From Aeropyrum pernix K1 (GTDB lineage: Archaea > Thermoproteota > Thermoprotei_A > Sulfolobales > Acidilobaceae): a stretch of DNA of 32,000 nucleotides. The stretch is from NCBI RefSeq assembly GCF_000011125.1, contig NC_000854.2, positions 930,001 to 962,000 on the forward strand, given 5' to 3'. Of this stretch, positions 25,640-32,000 are shown in pieces (the stretch's first letter is position 1; each line of letters starts with the position of its first letter). The notes below the pieces were generated by a model that saw nothing but the letters and a program-made list of their open reading frames with translations, was not told the DNA's origin and did no database searches. The translations under genes were made by a program, and so were the position numbers.

Positions 25640-26407
25640 CTATCCAGTGCTGCGCTGGCTCCTCCAACTCCACGCGGCAGCCCTTACTATATCACCCTCG
25701 TCCAGCGAAGCCAGAGGCTTCCACCCCGAGTGGACTACTGCGACCCTCGTGGCCGCGTCGACCATAGCGGCCACAACCTCTGACAGGGCCCCCTCGCAGT
25801 GGGTGAAAACGTCTATAGGCTCGGCGGCATCTCCGGCTCGAGCACCCTCAACTGCGGCCTTAAGGGCTGACAAAGGCTCCAGGAAGCCCCACGGGCTCTC
25901 AACACCCACTAGAGCTATAGCCCTCCCGAAGGAGGCCATGGCCTCTAGACCAGCCTCAACAGGCTCGTCGGGAGACACGCGGGGGTGGAGACCTTCCGCC
26001 GCCTCTGAGACCGGTGTAAGAAGCTCCCCAGGCTCTATAGCCTGGAGAACATCCCAACTTGTGAACACGCCGGTAACACCACCTAAGTCCACTAGTAGAG
26101 TGGATAGGCCGGTCCTGACCATCAGCTCCGCCGCCTCTCCCACAGGAGTATCCCCCCCTACTACTGGGGGCCTAGCCTTGGCTACTAATGAGAGGGGAGT
26201 GTCCCACAGCCCAGCCCCGAGCCTCTCGAAAAGAGACGGTATGTCACCCGGCTCTACAACCCCTGTGACCGCCACCCCCCTCCCTACTAGTATCCTGTGT
26301 TTATGCAGCACAAGCAAGGCGGACACTGCATCTCCCAGGCTTGTGGAGGGCTCGAAGGTTATGGCGGGGGCAGATGCGTAGAGAGAAACCTTATCATTGA
26401 GGCCCAA
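25640..26407 (-). CDS. CBS-domain protein with four CBS-like motifs (two Bateman modules)
   Basis: Four repeats of the CBS pattern: ITFEPSTSLGDAVSALLVLHKHRILV...VTGVVEPGDI; PPVVGGDTPVGEAAELMVRTGLSTLLVDLGGVTGVFTSWDVLQAI; HPRVSPDEPVEAGLEAMASFGRAIALVGVE...GFLEPLSAL; CEGALSEVVAAMVDAATRVAVVHSGWKPLASLDEGDIVRA. Confidence 0.8.
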   Translation of the reverse strand: MGLNDKVSLYASAPAITFEPSTSLGDAVSALLVLHKHRILVGRGVAVTGVVEPGDIPSLFERLGAGLWDTPLSLVAKARPPVVGGDTPVGEAAELMVRTGLSTLLVDLGGVTGVFTSWDVLQAIEPGELLTPVSEAAEGLHPRVSPDEPVEAGLEAMASFGRAIALVGVESPWGFLEPLSALKAAVEGARAGDAAEPIDVFTHCEGALSEVVAAMVDAATRVAVVHSGWKPLASLDEGDIVRAAAWSWRSQRSTG

Positions 26408-26500
26408 AGCCCTAAATACACCCCAGCTTTATACTGGCTTCCCCCAGGCTAATTTACCTAAGCCCTCCAAACCAGGGACCAAATACTTGGGAGGAGGCCC

Positions 26501-27424
26501 GTGGGGAGTGTAGTCTATGTTGAGGGCGGCTCAAGGCTTCACGCTGGGTTCCACATTGTTGATCCGCAGCGTGGAGTGTGGGGTGGAGCCGGCTTTTACG
26601 TGGAGGAGCCGAGGGTCAGGGTTGAGGCGTGGGACTGCGGTGAGGCCAGGTGGGAGGTTGACAGTGACATAGCCACCCTGCTAGAGAGGGCTGGACTCGC
26701 GTGGGGCTGCCTTAAGATAGCTAGCAGGCCTCCCAGGCACATGGGTCTAGGGTCTACTACACAGCTCTCACTCGCCGCCTCAATGGCGCTCTTAGCACTG
26801 AAGGGGCTCCGCCCATCTATCCCAAGTCTCGCGGCCAGGCTGGGGAGGGGCCGCTTCTCGGCGGTGGGCACACTCCTAGCCGTCCACGGCGGCTTTGTCC
26901 TGGATTCAGGGAGCGTGTCAACTCCTCCCATATCCGCCGTGAGGGTGCCGGAGGATTGGAGGTTCGTCCTGGTTATCCCCCAGCTGGAACCGGGGTTCGA
27001 GGAGGGGCGGGCGGAGGATTTGGCCCTGAAGACTGCGGGCTTGAGGGCTGCTAGGGGGGGTGACTTGAGGTCTCGGGGGGCTCTCCTCCTGGCGGTCGGC
27101 ATTGCTAGGGGGGACCTTGACATTGCTCTAGAGGGCCTCTCATCTATGCAGGCAGGGACGGGGCTATTGTTCCAGGAGGTTCAGGGGGCTGTCTTTAGGC
27201 GGGACCTCATGAATATTGTTGACGAGGCCTCTAGGAACGGGGTCAAACTCGCCCAGTCCAGCTGGGGGCCCACTCTCTATACTATATCGCATGAGTCGAC
27301 AGCGGATTCCGACGCCCGCATGCTAAGGGCTATACTCCGTTCCCATGGTATTAGGGGGGAGGTACTCGTGACGAGACCCAGGAACAAGGGTCTAACCCTT
27401 GAGGTGGGGATGGATGGTGGTTGA
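26501..27424 (+). CDS. Beta-ribofuranosylaminobenzene 5'-phosphate synthase-like GHMP family protein
   Basis: GGSRLHAGFHIVDPQRGVWGGAGFYVEEP, PRHMGLGSTTQLSLAASMALLAL, ESSMQAGTG-type region (LSSMQAGTGLLFQEVQG), AQSSWGPTLYTI. Confidence 0.85.
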   Translation: MGSVVYVEGGSRLHAGFHIVDPQRGVWGGAGFYVEEPRVRVEAWDCGEARWEVDSDIATLLERAGLAWGCLKIASRPPRHMGLGSTTQLSLAASMALLALKGLRPSIPSLAARLGRGRFSAVGTLLAVHGGFVLDSGSVSTPPISAVRVPEDWRFVLVIPQLEPGFEEGRAEDLALKTAGLRAARGGDLRSRGALLLAVGIARGDLDIALEGLSSMQAGTGLLFQEVQGAVFRRDLMNIVDEASRNGVKLAQSSWGPTLYTISHESTADSDARMLRAILRSHGIRGEVLVTRPRNKGLTLEVGMDGG

Positions 27425-28160
27425 CGCTGGCCTAGTGTTGGCGGCCGGCTTCTCAAGGAGGTTCAGAGGCCTCCTGGGGGTCCATAAGGTTGCAGCCGGT
27501 GTGAGGGGCTACCCGCTGCTGTGCTACCCGGTGACAAGCCTAGCCCTGGCTGGCGTGGACAGGGTCTTCGTCGTAGCGTCGCAATTCAACCTTAACGTGG
27601 TAGAGCTTGTCCTCGGCCACTGCCCATTCCGAGTTTCTGGCGTGCTAATATCGAGCCTCTCCACACTCGGCAACGGTTTCAGCCTTGTAGAGGGCCTCAG
27701 GGAGGCTGGCCTGAGAGGGTCCAGATGCCTGGCGGTGTCCATGGCCGATCACGTGTACCCTCCCAGCATAGCTAGGAGGCTGATTGAGGCTGGATGTAAC
27801 ACGCTCGGAGTAGACTCCAGGCCTAGGTATATAGAGGTGGGAGAGGCGACGCACGTTTCCCTAGAACCGGGGGCTGGCGTGAGGCTTGGAAAGGATGTTG
27901 AGGGATGTTGTGTCGACATAGGCATACACACGATAGAGGCGGGTATAGCCTCGATAGGCTGCATAGACCTTCCCCCCCGTGGTGAGGCCAGCGTGTCCCA
28001 GCTCATCACCTGCGCTGCCAGAAAGGGGTACACGTTCAAGCTTGTAGACGTGGACGGGGGCCCTTGGATGGAGGTCGACTCTCCCGAGGACCTAGAGAGG
28101 CTCCTGCAGGGTGACGGTCTGGAGGTCCTGGAGGCTGTTAGGAGTGAGTGGGGATTCTAA
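27414..28160 (+). CDS. Nucleotidyltransferase, likely CTP:L-myo-inositol-1-phosphate cytidylyltransferase
   Basis: GLVLAAGFSRRFRG...HKVAAGVRGYPLLCYPVTSLALAGVDRVFVV; SMADHVYPPSIARRLI; adjacency to the CDP-alcohol transferase and inositol-1-phosphate synthase. ATG 27414 preferred over 27399. Confidence 0.8.
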   Translation: MVVDAGLVLAAGFSRRFRGLLGVHKVAAGVRGYPLLCYPVTSLALAGVDRVFVVASQFNLNVVELVLGHCPFRVSGVLISSLSTLGNGFSLVEGLREAGLRGSRCLAVSMADHVYPPSIARRLIEAGCNTLGVDSRPRYIEVGEATHVSLEPGAGVRLGKDVEGCCVDIGIHTIEAGIASIGCIDLPPRGEASVSQLITCAARKGYTFKLVDVDGGPWMEVDSPEDLERLLQGDGLEVLEAVRSEWGF

Positions 28161-28782
28161 ACCCACGGACGGCCCTGTCTCTAGATTTTTGAACAGGAGG
28201 ATAGCCTCGGCTATAGCCTCCGCCATCATCGCCCTCAACTTGCCCCTCACCCCTAACATGCTCTCGCTAATATCGTTCCTGACGGCCGCCGCCGCTGCCC
28301 TGTTTATAGCGGGTGGCCAGCTCCTCGTAGGCGGCCTTCTAGTCCAGCTTTCATCGGTGCTGGACGGCGTCGACGGTATAGTTGCGAGGAGGCTGAGGGC
28401 CGCCTCCAAGGCAGGAGGCTTCCTGGACACAATGCTAGACAGGTACGCGGACACCGTCATATACCTGGCACTGGCATACGCAGCCGTCGCAACCCATGGT
28501 CTCGAAACGTGGGCTGTCCTCACAGCTGTGCTGGCAGTGTCGGGGGACATCATGGTAAGCTATCTCCACACCCGGGGCGAGAGAGACGCCGGTGTCCACC
28601 CATCCCTCGTCGGCCCCTTAGACTCCCTTGCCTCCAGGGATGTGAGGCTCCTCATAGTAGCAGTTATCACCGCGGCCGGAAGGCCTCTGGAGGCGATGGC
28701 GGCGGTGGCGCTTCTCTCACACGCCTACGTTGCCGTAAAGTCGATCTACCTGTTCTCCCTCCTCAAATCCAAGGGTGTCTAG
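28111..28782 (+). CDS. CDP-alcohol phosphatidyltransferase family, likely di-myo-inositol-phosphate-phosphate synthase
   Basis: DGVDGIVARRLRAASKAGGFLDTMLDRYAD matches D-G-x2-A-R-x7/8-G-x3-D-x3-D; multi-TM; overlaps the IPCT gene. GTG 28144 is an alternative start. Confidence 0.82.
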   Translation: MTVWRSWRLLGVSGDSKPTDGPVSRFLNRRIASAIASAIIALNLPLTPNMLSLISFLTAAAAALFIAGGQLLVGGLLVQLSSVLDGVDGIVARRLRAASKAGGFLDTMLDRYADTVIYLALAYAAVATHGLETWAVLTAVLAVSGDIMVSYLHTRGERDAGVHPSLVGPLDSLASRDVRLLIVAVITAAGRPLEAMAAVALLSHAYVAVKSIYLFSLLKSKGV

Positions 28783-28932
28783 ACGGAGGGCTCCGTTAAC
28801 GCTTAAATCCGGGGGGTCCAACTTTTATCATGGGGTTTTCAAAGTCTCGGAGCACCACTATCTAGCCTCCCCAGGGGCTCTTGATTAGCGTAAAATAACC
28901 CCCTTTAACTCTACATCCGGAGGTGACGTGGC

Positions 28933-30111
28933 GTGGTGCGTATAGTAGTCTTGGGGCAGGGTCTAGTTGCCACACACCTCGCAGTCGGCCTCGAGAGGAT
29001 CAAATCCGGGGAACTCGAGCCTGTCGGTGTCCCCCTCGAGAGGTTCGAGTATGAGATACCTGTGAAGAGTCTTGAGATAGTCGGGTCTTTCGACGTAGAC
29101 CCCGGGAAGGTGGGCAGAACTATATACCAGGTTGCCAAGGATATGCTGGGGAGCCAGCTGCCGGTGCCCCAGAGCCTTGAGGCGGTTAGGGTTGAGCGGG
29201 GTATACATGCTGGTAGCGTTAAGGGGCTAATCCCTGGTGCCCGTGGCCTGGATGAGGACCTGGGTATGGAGGAGGCTGTGGAGATTGTTGCTGACAGGCT
29301 TCAGCATTTAAGGCCGGACGTCGTTATCAACGTGATAACCACTGAGAGAGCAGAGCCCTTCGAGACGCTCGAGAGCGTTCGCGACAGGGTCAGGAGGGGG
29401 CTAGTTAGCGCGAGCCAGGCTTACGCCCTAGCTGTACTCAGGTATGCGGAGAGGGAGGCTAGGAGGGTTGCGCTGGTCAACGCCATACCAGCGCCTCTAG
29501 CTAACGATCCAGTACTAGTCTCGATGTTTGAAGAAGCCGGAAGCCTCCTTCTAGGCGACGATGGGGCGACGGGAGCAACCCCCCTTACGGCGGACCTGCT
29601 TGAGCATCTAGCAGAGAGGAATAGGAGGGTGCTTTCGATAGCCCAGTTCAACATCGGCGGCAACCTCGACTTCCTCGCTCTCACCCTTCCAGAGAAGAAT
29701 ATTATGAAGGAGAAGACTAAGAGTAGCGTCGTTAAGGACATACTGGGCTACGACGTCCCCCACTACATAAAGCCCACGGGCTTCCTGGAGCCCCTCGGCG
29801 ATAAGAAGTTCGTTTCAATGCATATCGCGTGGAAGACTTTCAACGGCCTTGAGGACGAGCTCGTTGTGAACATGAGGATCAACGATAGCCCGGCTCTCGC
29901 TGGCCTCCTCGTCGACCTGGCGAGGATAAGCTATAGCCTGCTGGAGAGAGGGTACAAGGGTACTGTGTACGAGGTCAACGCGTTCTTTATGAAGAATCCG
30001 GGCCCAAGGGAGGCTCCAAACATAGCTAGGATTACGGCCTTCCAGAACATGGTGAAGCTCCTGCAGGGTCTAGGAGCCCTGAGTACCGGCTTGCCTGGGA
30101 GAAGGGCTTAG
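28933..30111 (+). CDS. myo-inositol-1-phosphate synthase (archaeal type)
   Basis: VVLGQGLVATHLAVGLERIKSGE, IVGSFDVDPGKVG, VINVITTERAEPF, ALVNAIPAPLAND, LSIAQFNIGGNLDFLALT, KTKSSVVKDILG. Confidence 0.93.
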   Translation: MVRIVVLGQGLVATHLAVGLERIKSGELEPVGVPLERFEYEIPVKSLEIVGSFDVDPGKVGRTIYQVAKDMLGSQLPVPQSLEAVRVERGIHAGSVKGLIPGARGLDEDLGMEEAVEIVADRLQHLRPDVVINVITTERAEPFETLESVRDRVRRGLVSASQAYALAVLRYAEREARRVALVNAIPAPLANDPVLVSMFEEAGSLLLGDDGATGATPLTADLLEHLAERNRRVLSIAQFNIGGNLDFLALTLPEKNIMKEKTKSSVVKDILGYDVPHYIKPTGFLEPLGDKKFVSMHIAWKTFNGLEDELVVNMRINDSPALAGLLVDLARISYSLLERGYKGTVYEVNAFFMKNPGPREAPNIARITAFQNMVKLLQGLGALSTGLPGRRA

Positions 30112-30434
30112 CCCTCGCCTCCACCTGCCTCTTTGTAGGTGCTTTCTATGCATGCGTCCATGCAATCCTGCGTCTCCTCTTTGCCAATGCCGTGCTTTTC
30201 TAGACACTCCTTTAGACACCTACACTCCCCCTCCTCCAGCGATGAGACTCTAAGCTCTGGTATGCCGGGAGAGGGGCTGACGGCGACTACCCGGCAGTCC
30301 TCGAAAACGAGTTCTAGGGCGTATGTGCTCAAGGCGACTCCCACAAGCTTCTTCCCGATGAGGAGGCTCAGCTCCTCAAGCGTCCTCTCGAGAGCCTCCT
30401 CTAGAGACTCCCTCCCGTTATCGCCGCTGCCCAA
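30108..30434 (-). CDS. Small acidic protein with C-terminal twin CX3C motif, unknown function
   Basis: ...EEGECRCLKECLEKHGIGKEETQDCMDACIESTYKEAGGGEG: CLKEC-x13-CMDAC; 4-bp convergent overlap with the preceding gene. Confidence 0.72.
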   Translation of the reverse strand: MGSGDNGRESLEEALERTLEELSLLIGKKLVGVALSTYALELVFEDCRVVAVSPSPGIPELRVSSLEEGECRCLKECLEKHGIGKEETQDCMDACIESTYKEAGGGEG

Positions 30435-30538
30435 GATAGGCTGGCACCCCGCTAGCCATGGCCAGGGTTCAACACTACATTGGGCCGCGCAGCCGTATAT
30501 AGGTATAGTTAGGTCTAAATGCGGCCTTCGATGCTGAC

Positions 30539-30949
30539 CTACTCCCCGAGATAGAGCAGGTTAACTGTTCTCTCCCTGGGCCCGTCCATCTCCACGAACA
30601 GTATCCTCTGCCAGGTTCCTAGGGACAGCCTTCCCCCGACAACCGGTATGACCCTGCTGTCCCCTATGATTGTGTTGCCCAGGTGTGCGTGGGCGTTGAC
30701 GTCCACAAGGTTATGCTTCCAGGGGCCCCCGGGCTTCGTTAGCTCCCTAATGAACTCCACTATGTCCTCCATAAGCCTGGGCTCGGCCTCGTTGACAGCC
30801 ACAGCCGCGGTTGTGTGTGGGACGTACACAACCAGCAGGCCGTTCACACCGCCGACCGTCGAAAGCCACTCCTCTACCTTGCCAGTAACATCGAGGACCT
30901 GGAGCCTCCTCTCAGTCTTTACTGTGAAAGATCCAGTCTCCACCTTCAA
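30539..30949 (-). CDS. YjbQ/UPF0047 family protein (secondary thiamine-phosphate synthase family)
   Basis: VVYVPHTTAAVAVNEAEPRLMEDI, HNLVDVNAHAHLGNTIIGDSRVIPVVGGRLSLGTWQRILFVEMDGPRERTV. Confidence 0.94.
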   Translation of the reverse strand: MKVETGSFTVKTERRLQVLDVTGKVEEWLSTVGGVNGLLVVYVPHTTAAVAVNEAEPRLMEDIVEFIRELTKPGGPWKHNLVDVNAHAHLGNTIIGDSRVIPVVGGRLSLGTWQRILFVEMDGPRERTVNLLYLGE

Positions 30950-31096
30950 ACGCGGTCACCCAAGGGTCTATAGTATGCTCTACACGGTATTTAGGCGGCC
31001 ACTGTAGGGTAGGGTTTCCTCAGTCTAGACCGAGTGGGAGGTATACCTGATATAACACCCTATCCACTCACATACTCTCTGGGGGGTGTAATCCCG

Positions 31097-32000
31097 TTGT
31101 CCAGCGTTCTGGAGATGCTCTGGGTGGAGAAGTACAGGCCCAGGAGCCTGGATGATATCGTCGACCAGAAGCATGTGGTCGAGAGGTTGAAACAGTTTGT
31201 AAAGCAGAGGAACATGCCACACCTCCTATTCGCAGGGCCCCCGGGCACGGGTAAGACGACTGCTGCCCATGCACTAGCCCACGATCTCTTCGGCGAGAAT
31301 TACAGGCAGTATATGCTAGAGCTGAATGCTAGCGACGAGAGGGGTATCAATGTTATCAGGGAGAAGGTTAAGGAGTTTGCCCGTAGCAGGACGCCCCCGG
31401 AGATTCCCTTCAAGATCGTGCTACTAGACGAGGCTGACAACATGACGAGCGACGCCCAGCAGGCTCTCAGGAGGCTTATGGAGCTTTACAGCAGTGTCAC
31501 AAGGTTTATACTGATAGCAAACTATCCCAGCAAGATTATAGACCCGATACAGAGCAGGTGCGCATTCTTCAGGTTCCAGCCCCTATCCAAGCAGGACGTT
31601 ATCGAGAGGCTGAGGTATATAGCCGAGAACGAGGGTGTAGATTACGAGGAGGAGGCTCTGGACGCCATATACGAGATAAGCGAGGGCGACATGAGGAAGG
31701 CCATTAACGTCCTCCAAGCCGCCAGCTACCTCGGCAAGGTGACCGTCGACGCGGTGTACAGGGTAGTGGGTATGGCGAAGCCCAGAGAGGTTAGGGAGAT
31801 GCTCGCCACCGCCCTGAAAGGCGACTTCACCGCGGCCAGAAGCCTCCTCCGGAAGATAATGATAGAGTATGGAATGAGCGGCGAGGATGTTGCCCGGCAG
31901 ATACACAGGGAGCTATTCTCCACAGAGCTTAAGATGCCCGAGGAGCTTAGGGTTCTCGCAGCAGACTATCTGGGGGAGGTCCACTACAGGCTTGTGGAGG
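31097..32000 (+). CDS. rfcS: Replication factor C small subunit, 3' end outside window
   Basis: Manual translation: LSSVLEMLWVEKYRPRSLDDIVDQKHVVERLKQFVKQRNMPHLLFAGPPGTGKTTAAHALAHDLFGENYRQYMLELNASDERGINVIREKVKEFARS...KIVLLDEADNMTSDAQQALRRLME...YPSKIIDPIQSRCAFFRF. TTG 31097 or ATG 31115 start; absent from the ORF track because it is open to the window end. Confidence 0.96.
   Translation, partial: MSSVLEMLWVEKYRPRSLDDIVDQKHVVERLKQFVKQRNMPHLLFAGPPGTGKTTAAHALAHDLFGENYRQYMLELNASDERGINVIREKVKEFARSRTPPEIPFKIVLLDEADNMTSDAQQALRRLMELYSSVTRFILIANYPSKIIDPIQSRCAFFRFQPLSKQDVIERLRYIAENEGVDYEEEALDAIYEISEGDMRKAINVLQAASYLGKVTVDAVYRVVGMAKPREVREMLATALKGDFTAARSLLRKIMIEYGMSGEDVARQIHRELFSTELKMPEELRVLAADYLGEVHYRLVE

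Noticed and set aside
25551-26381. 276-aa plus-strand ORF overlapping the CBS protein
   Set aside because: Low-complexity Ser/Thr/Ala/Pro-rich translation typical of an antisense shadow of a GC-rich gene; the minus-strand ORF shows four CBS-like repeats.
1-32000. CRISPR array, transposase, integrase, toxin-antitoxin or defence island
   Set aside because: No regularly spaced repeats, terminal inverted repeats or recognisable Cas/transposase/nuclease proteins were seen. The lone RHH protein lacks an obvious toxin partner.

Overview
High-GC, gene-dense archaeal chromosomal window. It most resembles a hyperthermophilic crenarchaeon of the Aeropyrum/Desulfurococcales type; this is inferred from protein character and I have no database match. 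No CRISPR array, transposon, integron or virus-like block is visible, and almost all sequence is ordinary coding. Main content in order: (1) LysW-dependent lysine (possibly also arginine) biosynthesis, with lysY diverging from lysW-X-J-K around a 21-bp palindrome; (2) queC plus a QueF-like putative archaeosine synthase; (3) two-subunit 2-oxoacid:ferredoxin oxidoreductase; (4) LysO-like exporter and DUF389 membrane protein; (5) Nudix hydrolase, DTD2 D-aminoacyl-tRNA deacylase and tRNA-Gln(TTG); (6) fused 3-hydroxyacyl-CoA dehydrogenase/enoyl-CoA hydratase; (7) threonine synthase, precorrin-2 dehydrogenase, HemD, a divergent CbiX-like protein, aldo/keto reductase, RHH regulator and a tandem AhbA/AhbB-like protein (siroheme-to-heme route); (8) threonine dehydratase overlapping RidA; (9) aKMT-like protein lysine methyltransferase, KaiC-like ATPase, CBS-poor IMPDH-like protein and PPC-domain protein, next to a four-CBS-motif protein; (10) beta-RFAP synthase-like GHMP protein and a likely di-myo-inositol-phosphate (DIP) pathway (IPCT, CDP-alcohol transferase, inositol-1-phosphate synthase); (11) twin-CX3C small protein, YjbQ family protein and the start of RFC small subunit. 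I do not see a clearly novel defence or mobile system. The best leads are the tandem Ahb-like protein with nearby tetrapyrrole genes, the IMPDH/KaiC-like/CBS neighbourhood, the related palindromic candidate operators, the twin-CX3C protein and the unexplained 3.8-4.07 kb intergenic region.
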